Below are positions 50,101-62,290 of a stretch of 64,000 bases of DNA, piece after piece; the first letter of the stretch is position 1, and each line of letters opens with the position of its first letter. Source of the DNA: Felis catus (lineage: Eukaryota). The position numbers were made by a program, and so were the translations under genes. The notes beneath the pieces are model-generated. The model searched no databases. It was not told the origin of the DNA and was given only the letters and a program-made list of their open reading frames with translations. The DNA is taken from positions 236,842,001-236,906,000 of the forward strand of contig NC_058368.1 in assembly GCF_018350175.1 (NCBI RefSeq), read 5' to 3'.

Positions 50101-51860
50101 AATGTGCATTATATATGCAATAAAAACACGCAGCCAATGCAAGAACGGCCGTAATGGATGCAGCCGGCCTCACAGATTCGATGACTGTATGGAACTCTCG
50201 GGGACCAGACACTAGCCCGCACTGTTTACATAGTTTAACATTCCTGTGTCACCTGTCCTTTGTGTAACCTGAAGGTGCCATCCTGAGTGGTGAATGCACT
50301 GCCCAGCCTATCTGTCTGCTCATAGGTGCCACCTGGCACGTAACTGACAGGTGTTGACGCCCATCGTGCTCGTGTTGCACCCTGGAGAAGCCGTACCAAC
50401 ACTGCCCCACGTCCCAGAGTGACGGGTGTATACCAGAGCGTGAGTGGCAGGTCCGTTTGGGACATAGATACCTGTAGGGGCAGGGGCTTGGCCTTGGGAA
50501 CCCATGTAGAATATTCTAGACACTCAGGTCGTGATAACCAGCTTGGGGCCCGTGTGGAGGTGAGACCTAGAGCCTGGTGGGGAGGGGTGGTGGGGGGCGG
50601 GAGGCAGACCTGGAGGGTCGGCGTGTGGTAGCCTGCCATGCGGCCAGTTTGCAGGTCACTGTGAACATGAGGCCGGAAAGCAGCACCCTCTGTTTTGTGT
50701 CTAGGGGGATAACCTGGCTGAATTTTGAAAGGTGGATTAAAGGCACCTCGTAAGGTGGGTGAGGCAGGATGAAAGGCTGGGCCCTGTGGGAACGGCGGGC
50801 ACCCGAGGAGTCACTGAATCATGGCAGAACCACGGGCTTTGGGATTTTGGACAAGGAGTCACTGTTACAGTGTGTACAGAGAGTTTTAGAAAAAAGAGTG
50901 TCAGGACTCTTTAAAGACGTGAAGAGAGGGAAGGAACATTCTTAACAAAACTTGACCCGCCTCCTGCAATACACTCAGCAGTGGAGAACAAGGACCCTTT
51001 AAAATCCAAGTCAGAGTGCAATCTAAGGATCCATCTGAATAAAATGTGTGAATTCAGTGCAGAGAATATTCCAGAGTTTGGGCCATGAGGGAAGAGCCCC
51101 AAACTAAACTCTCTTGAGTCATATTCCCCTACTGAAAGACCTGTCATTTGGGGATAAAAAAGAAAAGAAAATTTTAGCATCCAGAATTCTCACTCCAATC
51201 TCATAAGCTCCATACAGCTCTAGAAATAGCTACAGTAAAGAGGCGGACACATTGATATTATCGGACGATTGCGTTACGGGAATAAATCAGTAAGTCTAGT
51301 GGTGCCCACATTTGTCGGGTAAAAGATTTGGATAATAGCTAGTGTTCGTGACGATGACATGGCATTTCTTACCTGTCACAGAAGCCCGAAACCAATACCA
51401 GCGGGGACGTTTGGGAAACCTGCATGGTAGGTACGTGTCATCTGATGGCAACAAAGGCCACCGTGTTGGCGCAGTGTTGGGGAGAGTCCCTTTCCTCCGC
51501 GATCGAGGGAAGGCGGCATTGGAGGGCTGCTAACAGTTCGGTAGGAAATCCAAGACATTAAAAAGCCCCATGTAGTCAATGACATTTTACAATGGGGTAA
51601 ATTAACGACTAATGCTTTGCGGGAGCTAATCTACCTCACATGAGTAAGCACTCCACGGCCATCGAGTCGCCCGTCAGCTGTGGGATCAGCTCCTTATGTT
51701 TTGCTTAATAAGATCAAGGTTACAGCATGAGGGGGTTCTGGTAATGAGAGAAACAAGTCACATCTTTCCATAGGTTTGTGGCCGCGGGCCCGAGCAAGGT
51801 CATTCTGAGATTCGGGACAGAAAGGAAGCCAATAGATGTCCCACACAGCCTTTTGAGAGC

Positions 51861-51894
<34 letters not shown>

Positions 51895-52032
51895 AGTCTA
51901 ATGGTGTTTGGCGCAAATGTAGAATTCATAATGACCTCAAGGATGCTTTTGAACCACATCTGAAGACACTTGAGGGTAAAAACACTGCCAGGAACATTGC
52001 ATCCATTGCCCGCAGGTGTCGCCGCTAGGGGG

Positions 52033-52515
52033 TGTGATGCTAAAGTGACAGGTCAACTTGACTGGATCGCAGGGTGCCCAGATATTTGGCTAAACGTGAT
52101 TCTGGGTGCATCTGGAGGGGGTGTTTTCAGATGAGATTACATTTCAGTTGGTAGACTGGCTAAAGCCCATCACCCTCCCCAATGTGCGGGCACCATCCAA
52201 TTCACTGAGGGCCGGAACACCCAGAACAACGAGGCAGAGGTAGGGAGAATCTGCTTTCTCTGCCCGACTGCTGAGCTGGGGCAGTGGTCTCCCCCTGACC
52301 CCGGAACCAAGACTGATACCCTCTGTCCCCCCAGTTCTCCACGCTACACCATCAGCTTTCCCGGGTGTCCAGCTTGCAGACAGATCTTGTAACTTCTCAG
52401 CTTCCGGAACCATGCGAGCCAATTCCTTGTGGCAAATAGTTTAAATTATATGTTACACTCTATTACACCATATTAACTATGAGCGCCATTTCTCCGGAGA
52501 ATCCTGATTAACACA
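52033..52515 (+). mobile_element. ERVL solo LTR (MLT2B/D-like)
   Basis: Starts tgtgatg; contains gtcaacttgactgg, gtgcccagatatttggctaaac, gatgagatta, ccctccccaatgtg and gagccaattcctt; ends tctccggagaatcctgattaacaca. Confidence 0.9.
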
Positions 52516-55324
52516 AACATCCACGATTCTGGAGCTCGAGTTCCGGCCAAACTCTGACACTCACAGCGTGACCTCATTCCCTCCGTCCCATCTAGAGAGA
52601 CTGGATAAAATATGCAGCTCCCGGGGCAGGTTAGAAGGCTTCCATAAAATAGTACACAACGTCTACATAAAGTTTTATAGAAATGTAAAGTTTGATTAGA
52701 AGCTTTATTTTCCCAAGAATGCCAGCATTGATTGGGTACACACCTGTTGCTTCTAAATATAAGTATGTTAAGAATCCAATGTATATAGAACTTCCATTTG
52801 AAGGGCTTAGGTACTAATAATCTACTGCTAAAAATATTAGGTGTTGATGACTTCGAGTGGGTTGGGCAAAATACTAAGAACTTCACACTTGCACACGTTT
52901 TGTTAAACTATCACAAGAGTAGTGTGTGGGCAGAGGAAATTTCCATTTGCAGTTGGGAATGCCGAGGTGACAAAAGTGTGGTAACCTGACCGAAGTCTTA
53001 CGGCACAAGCCACTGCCGAAGCCAATGCACACTGGCCGGGCTCCAAAGCTTAACCTCTGGCACACACCTTCCAAAAGTGGGAGCTGATGTGTTTCAAATT
53101 AGTCGGACTCTCGCGGTTTTACAAACTCGGGCTGGCTTCTCGCCAAGTGCTTGACGATCTTTCCTTGTGCCCTAGCAAAGTGAGTGGAAAAGAAAGACAA
53201 AACACAAGGTAGATATTCCATCATATGCTTTGAAACATCGGCACGGGCAGAGCCCTTGGGCGTGTTGACAAAAATTCCCCTGGGAAGGGCACTGATGGTT
53301 GAGCGAGGAGATTTGCCTGCACACTCAGGCCCCTGAGCAGAAGGAGCTCGCCCCCGGGAGAGGGGGTGCTCCTTTAGACATCAGGGGTCACCCACACTCA
53401 GACCACGGTCCCACGAAGGGTCCCCTGGCCTCTCTGCACAGGTTTGCTTAGGTCCCCTGCTGCGGCCCTCCGTGTCCATTGTGTCCCCTCGGGAGGCCCT
53501 CCCTCTCGCTGCCCAGCAGACGCAGTCAGCGATCAGGCAGGGGTGGGGGGCCAGGCAGGGAGCAGAGAGAGGAACCCAGAAAACAGCACAGGTTGTATTT
53601 CCTCGACGGGGGCGGGGTCAGATTTCAATCTGCTGTAGTAGAATGATTTCCTTCTCCTTTTCTTTTGATTCTTTGTGGACATCTTAAAATTAAGTTCTCT
53701 GGAGAAAAAGGCCTGGGGTCAGCTAAGTAAATAAGCGAATGGCCAGCCACGTGGAGTGAGATTCAGGGCCGTGGTGAGGCCAGCATACGGGGAGAGAGGA
53801 GTCTGCCAGCGTTCCTGGGCACCTCTCCTGGTTCGAGATTAGTAGTCTGATAGAATGCCAGGCTCCACGGCGAGCACAAGAGACATCGCAGCCTTCCAAG
53901 TTGGGAGAGCCAGCCACACACCGCCATGAACTAATTAAAGCAGAATGTGTGATTGGCTATGATTACGTACAAAGTGTTGTCACGTGAACCCTCTGGGCTG
54001 GAGAGGCTCGAAGAAGAGGGGTCAGAGCGGCAGGGCGGCTGGGGGCGGGGGGGGGGCTTGGGGAAGTGGTCTGTGAAGGAAGGAGAGCGCAGGTCGGGGT
54101 GTGGGAGGGAGGCTGCAGACGGGCACAGCCCCAGCCGAGAAGAGGTGTAGCGGTCCTGGGGCGCACCCTGCCTCTCACGAAGGATATACCATCTGTCTCT
54201 CTGAGGTCATTTCCCAGGCGATTTTAAGTCAATGCGATGGTGAGCACCTCGCAGGGTTGTGGTGACACTTGGGAGAGATCTACATGAAGCGACGAGGGGA
54301 ATACGAGCTCAGGAAATAACAGCGGGCGCACCGTTCGCAATGAAATGGGGCTGTCCAGGTGCGTCAGGGACAAACCCTGTGCCATGGGAGCAGAAGAGCC
54401 CCCTGAGAGGAAGGGCACAGGAGTGGAGGGTATGGTGCAGGCGCTGGTGAAAGTCATCGTTGCCGGGAATCGGACTCGCCCGGGGCAGAAGGACTCGTCC
54501 GCAGTGACCTCAGCACATGTGGGCAGGATGGGGCTCAGCGAATGGGCGGAAGATGCTTCTGGTCCCCTCCCCACGTAGTCTGAGGAGCCAGGGCGCGGAC
54601 GTGGGTGTCGGGGAGGGGATTTAGACCAACGACAGGCAGGGGTGCCAAGCTGGGGGCAGGATGTCCAGCCTGGGGAGAGAGGGTAGTGGTGCCATCGCCT
54701 GAGGTGGAGAGCCGTGGTTGACGGGCCAGGGACGGGAGCGCTGAGGGAGCCTGGTGTGTGCGAGCGGCTGGGGGATCAGAAGCACCATTCTGTAGGCAGC
54801 GGAGCCACAGAACCAGCACCCCGGGAGGAGCCGAAGGCAGCGCCCCGTGGACACTGCGTCCTCAGCGCGGCCCACGCAGCGAGGCCGCAGGTGTGCAAGT
54901 GGATTCGGGCTGGGCAGGAACCCTGGCCTCCAGGGGTGGGAGTGATCCCACTTCAGGGGAAAGAGTGTGGGCGTCCTGGGTCAATGGAGAACGAACAAGG
55001 CAAGGAGGGAGGGGAAGGGGAGCGCGTGGTGGAGGGGCCGGCGGAGGAGAGCACAGAAGGCAGAGGTTGGCAGTTCTGACCAAAGCGGGCGGACATTGAC
55101 GGGCACTCGGGGACCGGGCCCCGCCTGCACTCCCGGGGCACTCGGGGCTCCTGAGTCATAATGTAACCGCGGACGGGAGGGACGCCGACGGCCCAGGGGC
55201 ACTGTGAATACACCAGCAGGGCGACGAGGGCTGGACTTTTTAAAAGGCTTCCTTTTATCCACTTTGGCCAGAGTGTCAGGTGCGTTTCCTTCAGCCTCAC
55301 AAAGGGTATTGAGTGTCACCCCAT

Positions 55325-55736
55325 CATTGGGTCCTAGGGGCACCCAGCAAACCGTTACAAACTAGATGTCCTCCAACAAGAGAAGTTCGCTCAGGAAGCC
55401 GCAAACCCCGAGTCAGCGTGTCGCCCGGTGGTTTCCTTCTCCGAGGCTCCGAGGGAGCTCACTTGGCTTCTGGGGCTGCCGGGGCTCCCTCTCTCGTCCA
55501 GACTCTGCTCCTGTTGCCCCGTGGCCTTCTCCTCGCTGTGTGTGTCTGTCTCTGCTGCTTCTCCTCCTCGTGTAAGGACGTGAGTCTCTTTGGATTAGGG
55601 CCCACCCTACTTCCATGTGACCTCAACTTACATCTTAACCACATCTGCAAAGACCCTATTTCCGAGGAGGGTTATAGCCATCGGGACCAGGTATTAGGGC
55701 TTCACTGTATCGTGTCGGGGACACAACACGCCATAA
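55325..55736 (-). mobile_element. MaLR solo LTR (MLT1C-like)
   Basis: taaggacgtgagtc, ggattagggcccaccctact, cttaaccacatctgcaaagaccctatttcc and ggggacacaac. Confidence 0.85.
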
Positions 55737-56859
55737 GGAAGCCTTGAAAAGGATGTCCAACCACCTTCCTGAATGCCCTACATGAGGCCGGCCTGCTGTG
55801 ACCTTTCTTCTCAACTCTCAAGTCCATGGTGGATTCCTACCCACACGCACTACGAGCAGCGCCCTGGGGAGAGATTGTGCCAAAGTTGTGCAGGCAGAAC
55901 CAGGCAGGGCTGTGGGGAGCTCGGCTTGTGCTTGCCACCGGGAGCTGAGCCTCGCAAAGAGCCAGAGCCGGGTCTGCTTGGGACCGCCCTGTTGCCTGCC
56001 CCCACCCCTGGCCAGATGGGGTGGGAGACCTCCAGTGCCCCCCCCCCCCAGCCAGCCCCCCTCTCTGGCTGGCCGATGTACTCAGCAGAGGGACGCGGTG
56101 ATGGCAGGTAAGCCTGAGGATCTCCGTGGTGTCTTCTGCGTGTGGGACTCACTTGACTCTGATCTGTTACTTCCCCTACTCTGTACTTATTTTGTGATTT
56201 TTCTACCTCTGAAAGACTTCACTCTTAGCTCGCCTTCTCTTCTCTTTCAAATACCCTTCTCAGCACAATCAAGTTGTACTGTTTCTGGAGGAAGATTTTA
56301 AAGCATCTATTTTTTCGCCTTTAAAATCCACTGAAATTTGTTTTAGGTGGAAAGAAGCAAAGAAGCCCAAAGATGAGCCTGAGTGAGAAACATGAGGGTG
56401 AGGTTGAAGGCGAGGAGAAGACATCGACCACAGGGCTTTCCCATGTGAAACTCAGTTATCAGCAGAGTCACTTTCCCCCCTTGGTTTCCCCCCCTCTCTC
56501 TCCTACCAGTAAAACCCTACTGCTATCCCAGACCCAGTTCAGACCACACTCCTCTGGAGGCCTGCCAACCCAAGCTGGCCTTATTGGGACCAGCTGTTCC
56601 TGCCATGGGCTTTATTCTGCTCAGGAGTCCTTGTTCTGCCTTGGCTGCTAGACACTGGGCCAGATCTTGGCACCTTCCACACTGCATGGATCTCCTGCCT
56701 TTTGTGGCCTTACTGAAAGCTGGATCGCGCCTCCCACCTCCTCCCAGGTAAGCAGGAGGTGGTCCGCTGCTCTTAATCCAGAGGGCCTGGGCTTTCTGGG
56801 GTCCTGTCTTCTAGGAGGGGTCCTGTGGACTCAGAGGGACGATGGTTCTGTCTGCACAC

Positions 56860-56897
<38 letters not shown>

Positions 56898-57409
56898 GAC
56901 CTGGTGTTTCCTATAGTTACCGCCTAGTCAGGGGATGATCCAGCCCCAAATTCCCAGAAAGTGTCTGTGACCGAGTAGGAGTGCACTTATGGAACGCCCC
57001 TCACCTCCACGACACCCGCGGCTGGTTATTGGGTCAGATGGGTGGATCCCATATACCTGGAAGGTGGATGCTTCAAGTGACCCTCTGGTCTGTCCAGGCA
57101 CAGGACAATCAGTAGCAAGCCCAGGAAGGCAGAGAAGCCAGCGGTGACTCTGCCTGGCACTGGCTGCTTCTTAGCGTTATGCTCGTGTTGGCATCCCAAG
57201 CAGCCGCAAGAACTAACGCCCCCCAGTACCTTTCTGGGTTGTGAACAAGGCTCATCACTTGGCTTTTAGGAGTGCGTGCAGGTAGGCCTGCCTGCACCAG
57301 CCATTGGGAGTGGCAGATGTCATTAAATAATTGGAACAGGCCTCAGGGACCACGAGGGCTACATCCAGGTACCACACACATCACGTTGCAGACACTGCTG
57401 CCTTGGCCA

Positions 57410-57512
57410 ACTGTGAGCTCGTGGAGGGGAAACCGGGCCCCACGGAAGTGACCCCAGTCTCTCACACAGAGCTGGCAAGTGATAGGTGTTTGTACGATTA
57501 GAATCGGCTGAA
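57410..57512 (+). mobile_element. L2 3' end fragment
   Basis: actgtgagctcgtggaggg...ccccagtctctcacacagagctggcaagtgataggtgttt...tgaat. Confidence 0.55.
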
Positions 57513-57664
57513 TCAAACTCAGACTGGAATGGTTACCGTTTTGAAAAGCAAAAAAAAAAAAAAAGCAAATAAATCCTTCCCTGAATTTTGTGATTGAACT
57601 TTGAAGGCTCTTCCTTTGGGGGATGTAACGGGGAACCTGGTATACGGACAGACTCCATCCTCCC

Positions 57665-57975
57665 GTGTATGTTTGTGAGTGTGTGAGAGAGCGTGTGCAT
57701 GTATACGTTCGCACATTTGTGGGCTGTATGTGAATGTGCGTGCACGTGTGCAAGTGTGTGTGTGCACGCACACAGGTAGGTGTACCCATGCATGTGTGCA
57801 TGCATGAGTGTGCACGTGTGGGTGTTTGTGTACATGTAGACATGCAGGTGAGCGTGTGCCTGTGTATGAGTGTGCATGTGTGGATACGTCTGCACAGGTG
57901 TGTGTACTGAGTGCATGGGTACGTGTGTCCATATATATGCCTATGAGTGTGTATGCACGTGTGCACGCATGGTAT
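57665..57975. repeat. Degenerate (TG)/(TGCA)/(TGTA) alternating purine-pyrimidine tract
   Basis: Read directly; ~310 bp. Confidence 0.9.
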
Positions 57976-58545
57976 GCTTTAATTAACAGGGACTTCCCAG
58001 CCTACCTCTGGTGCTTGGAGGGTGCACGGCAGGAGAGGCAGTGGAATTGGGGGTTTGTCACCCCCACCCCCCACCCCCGCCTGCCCACGTATCCAACAGC
58101 GCTTAATTGAAAGGTTGGGGCAGACCTTCCATTTATGAAAATCCCTACACAGAGAAGTGACTGCTGTTGAATATCTTTCAGTATTTGAGAAAATTAGGGT
58201 CCCCACCCCGCCCGGAGGGAGCTGCTGGTCTCCCCTGAGGCAGTGGAATCACCTTATGTGGGTCATGGCAACCCCCAGCTCTGGGCCGTTGGGTCCCCCG
58301 TCTCCCAGAAGCAGTGACCCAGGCCGCACCGTTCCTGTCTCAGCGCCTCTGCTCCCTGGCCAAGTGCTGGCCTTGCACAGACACTGTGCTCATCTGTTCC
58401 TTGTGAACTCCGTATGTTTGCAGGTCATGTGTATGCTTTCCATTCATATGTTTTTATGATGAAATTAAAGTCAGTAAACCTTTTTTGTGTAAATATCATT
58501 GCCCCACGTAGAAGCCATTAGAGGAACTTTTGGAAACAAATGTAA

Positions 58546-58985
58546 GGGTGCCTGGGGGGCTCAGTCAGTTAAGCATCCAACTCTTGATTTCAGCTCATGA
58601 TCTCATGGTTGGTGGGATCGAGCCCCTCATTGGGCTCTGTGCTGACAGTGTGGAGCCTTCTTGGGATTCTCTCTCTCCTCTCTCTGCCCCTGCCCCATTC
58701 ACACTATCTCTCTAAAAATAAACAAACTTAGGGGCGCCTGGGTGGCGCAGTCGGTTAAGCGTCCGACTTCAGCCAGGTCACGATCTCGCGGTCCGGGAGT
58801 TCGAGCCCCGCATCAGGCTCTGGGCTGATGGCTCGGAACCTGGAGCCTGTTTCCGATTCTGCGTCTCCCTCTCTCTCTGCCCCTCCCCCGTTCAAGCTCT
58901 GTCTCTCTCTGTCCCAAAAATAAATAAACGTTAAAAAAAAATTAAAAAAAAAATAAATAAATAAAAATAAATAAACTTAAAAAAG
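58546..58985 (+). mobile_element. Older Can-SINE whose tail is interrupted by a younger SINE
   Basis: gggtgcctggggggctcagtcagttaagcatccaactcttgatttc head; the tail resumes after 58962. Confidence 0.9.
58731..58962 (+). mobile_element. Young felid Can-SINE nested in the tail of the older SINE
   Basis: ggggcgcctgggtggcgcagtcggttaagcgtccgacttcagccaggtcacgatctcgcgg with CpGs intact; TSD aaaaataaa(c/t)aaactta at 58714-58730 and 58963-58979. Confidence 0.95.
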
Positions 58986-60349
58986 AGAAATATACACAAA
59001 AGCACAATTGTTTTCTGATTGTTTACTATTTCTCACAGCCATGGTCAAGTGTTGGATGTGACTTCAGTAGAAGGTCCCCTTTCCAGGGCCTGAAATATGC
59101 TGTGCATTATACCCAATATAAGACGGAAGATCGAAGGGGTAGGTCCTGTGCTGGGCAGGTCACAAGCTCGTACGGCATACACAGGTTGTGAAGGCTGATA
59201 TCAGTGACGGTCAAGGAGTCTTTCTCATTTTCCAGAACACTAATTGTGGCTCCGATCTCAGTGACTAGATGGTCCACATGCAGCTGGAATATTCCTTTTT
59301 TTTTTTTTTTTTTTTTTTTTAAGGAAAAACTGCTGACATCTCCTAAAGGTGCCACAGACTTATGGGAAGGAAAAGTTTGTAGGAAGCAGAGCCCAGGACA
59401 GGAGTCTTTCCCAGGCCAGGGGCAGTGCTGTGGGTCATCAGCCACACCCTTGCCACGCGCCCCTCTGTTTAGCTCTTGCTACACTGCACCAGCCTCGACG
59501 TGCCTGTGTCCTTCTTTGTCTAGCGGACAGGAGCTCCCCACTGGTCCCGTTGTACCCCCAGTCCAGTGCATTTAGTAGACACCCAGTGAGTGCTCATTGC
59601 ATGCGATCTCAGTGGCCAATGAACATGTGAACTTTGGGTAAAGAAAGCCTTTTGCAAAAACGGCACACGAGGACAACGCCACCTGGCGCTGCTGGTCTTC
59701 AGAGGCTGAAGGAGGAAGGCTCGGCGTCGGCCAAGAGCCCTGAGGCTCCACGGCCTCTTTGCTCTGCTGTCAGAGGTGCACACAGATGGGGCAGGCTCAT
59801 CCTGCTGAATGCTCAGCGCCTCCTGAAGGAGCAGCCTAAATGGCCAAGTCCTCTGCCATTGATCTGTAACATTCAGATGTTACAGCATCTCTTTAAACAC
59901 CCTGCTTTTCTTGGGCGCTAGAAGAGGGCCGGCTCGTCTGCTTCAGAGATGGTGGTCTGCGTCCCAGCGAACATCCATGTGCCTTATTGTCTTCGTGTTG
60001 GGACCTTTCCTTTTTCCAAGGGGGCCCCGCGCTCCCGAGGCGGCGCGCACACGCTCGGCCAGCACGCCGGGGTGAGGAACGCATTTCGCATTCCTGTCAC
60101 TGCCGCCGAGGTCATATCTGTTAGTGCTGGAGGTTGTTAGGCCATTATCAGCCACTGATGCCTCACCAGCTGCGAGACTAATTTGGATTCAGGGAGGAAA
60201 CATGGACTGATCTCCCCTCGGCCATCCACCGGCGGGTCCACCAGCGTCTGTGCTCCCGAGCCGTCCCGGGCTCCGGGACACAGCGGCTGACTCACCCGCT
60301 CTCAAGGACCAAACAGACGGTAAAGCCCAGTCAGGAGCCGACGCCGGCC

Positions 60350-60610
60350 CCAAGAAAAATGGCAGCGCCTTTATCATTCAATAACCAATTTACAGGGCTA
60401 AATTTTAAGTTTAAATTAGACATGTATGAATAGTACATCATGTCATTTATAATTCATGATGAATAGTAAATTATTCTAATGGACTTTCCTCTTCTATTTA
60501 TATTCTGACTATCCATACCAGGGGCAGAGAAACAAATTCAGGATGTGGCCTTTGATTACAGCCTGTGTCATTGGAAGTGGTTTCCTTTCCCCTGCACAGA
60601 ATTTATGGTA
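60350..60610. promoter_or_regulatory. AT-rich unique block with TCF/LEF and homeodomain sites (candidate enhancer)
   Basis: CCTTTGAT at 60549-60556, several TAAT/ATTA and TTTAT, and a duplicated TGAATAGTA. Confidence 0.45.
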
Positions 60611-61302
60611 CGGAAGACTGAGAAATTGTGGAGGAAAGACAATGACACACGTCTCTACCTTAATTCCCCCAGAGCGTATCTGGATCTCTTTTTTTTTCTC
60701 TATGGTTCTTTACATGGGTGACCCTGGACGTGGGGGGACACATATGACTGATGTGAGTGGGAACCCGCAGAGGGAGGCTGTGATTCAAAGGACACTTATT
60801 CTCTTAGCCGCTCTGGGCCATGCCCTCCCTTCCCCATTCTCCAGGCTCCCCTTCAGTAAGCAGAGATCTCCTTGAAATCAAAGACCCTGCATGGAAGGAG
60901 AAGACAAGGCCACCAAGCTGAGAGGGTGACAAGCTGTCCTGATCATGGCCCCATCTTGGGAAAAATGGTCCCAGGAAGTAGTATGGGACACACATTCATC
61001 CAGTGCAGAACTATACACATCAAGGCACTTGGAATATCACCCACACAAAGAAAGAACCCAGAACGTGGACCCTGATCTAGTCCTACGAGTTGAGTTTGCA
61101 CAATTTACAACAGAAGAGGCGATTTCTGAATTCAGACCTCTGGTCCCCAAATGAACCGACATTTCCATGTGTGACTTCGAACTATCTACCTGATGGAATT
61201 ATACAAGGGATGCCTAAAAACACAATTTCAGGGACATCAAAATCAAAGATTATGATGAAAAGCAAAGCCAACTGCAAAGGATCTTTGGGAATAACCAATT
61301 TT

Positions 61303-62290
61303 GCAGATGTTCACCTATCTGGAAGGGAGGGCAGACTCTCAGCCCAAAGAAGTGGGCACAGCCTCTCACCTCATAGGAGGGAGGTCGATGCTCACCTCAG
61401 AGAATGGAGTGTTGACTGTCACCTCAGAGAACCTAGGGCAAACTCTCACCTTAGAGAAGGGAGGGTAAACTCTCACCTCCTATGAGTAAGGGCAGACTTT
61501 CACCTTAGGGAGGGAAGACAAACCCTCTCCCCCCCAGAGAAGGAGGGAGAGACTCTCATCTCAGAGAAGGGACGGTAACTCTTACCCCAGAGAAGGCTGG
61601 GCAGCCACCTCAGAAAAAGGAGGGTGGACTCTCACCTCATGGGGTGTAGGGCCAACTCTCATCCAATGGGAGAGAGGACAGACCCCTATCTCAGAGAAAG
61701 AAGGAAGTACTCTCACCTCACATGAATGGGGGCACACTCTCACCTCAGAGGAGGGAGGGCAGACGCTCACCCCAGAGAAGGAGGATGGACTCTCATCTCA
61801 TAAGAGGGAGGGCAGACTCATAAGAAGCAGGGAGTTGTCTTGCCTCATAAGATGGAGGGAGGACTCACACCTCACAGAAGGGACCCCAGGCTCTCACCTC
61901 ATAAGAGGAAGGGCGGACTCTCTCCTCACACATGGAAGCACAAACCCTTATCTCACTGGAGGAGAGCAAGCTCTCACCTCATAAGAAGGAGGGTCGGTCA
62001 ACTCCTACCTCACAGATTGGAGGGTAGACTCTAGCCTCAGAGAAGCGAAGGCCGACTCTCACCTCCAGAAGGGAGGGCAGACGTTAGCCCGGCGGTGGGA
62101 GGGCAGATTCTCACCACTCAGTAGAGAAGCCAGAGCCTCCTCTCATAGGACAGAAGCCAGACCCTCAGGTCACTGAAGGTAGAGCAGACGCTCACGGTCT
62201 AGAAGGAAGGCAAACTCTAACCATCCGCAAGTGGAAGCAGATTATGACTTTTTAGAAGTAAGTTCAGACTCTCACTATTTAAAAGCAGGG
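61303..62290 (+). repeat. Degenerate 27-bp tandem array, ~35 copies, consensus about ACTCTCACCTCAGAGAAGGGAGGGCAG
   Basis: ACT(C/T)TCACC recurs at 61442, 61469 and 61496 (27-bp period) and throughout the interval, with occasional indels. Confidence 0.9.

Noticed and set aside
49860..53060. AT-rich patches at about 49.9-50.2 kb and 52.6-53.0 kb as enhancers
   Set aside because: They look more like decayed DNA-transposon interiors; I could not assign a family, so no call is made.
57343..57966. His/Thr/Cys-rich ORFs
   Set aside because: Translation of the CA/TG low-complexity tract.
6370..58962. tRNA-like A/B-box sequences and recurrent MAQSV...SPASGSVLTA ORFs
   Set aside because: These are Can-SINE heads and bodies, not tRNA genes or proteins.
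61303..62290. CRISPR-like regular spacing
   Set aside because: Mammalian DNA with no cas genes; the units are contiguous diverged copies without unique spacers.
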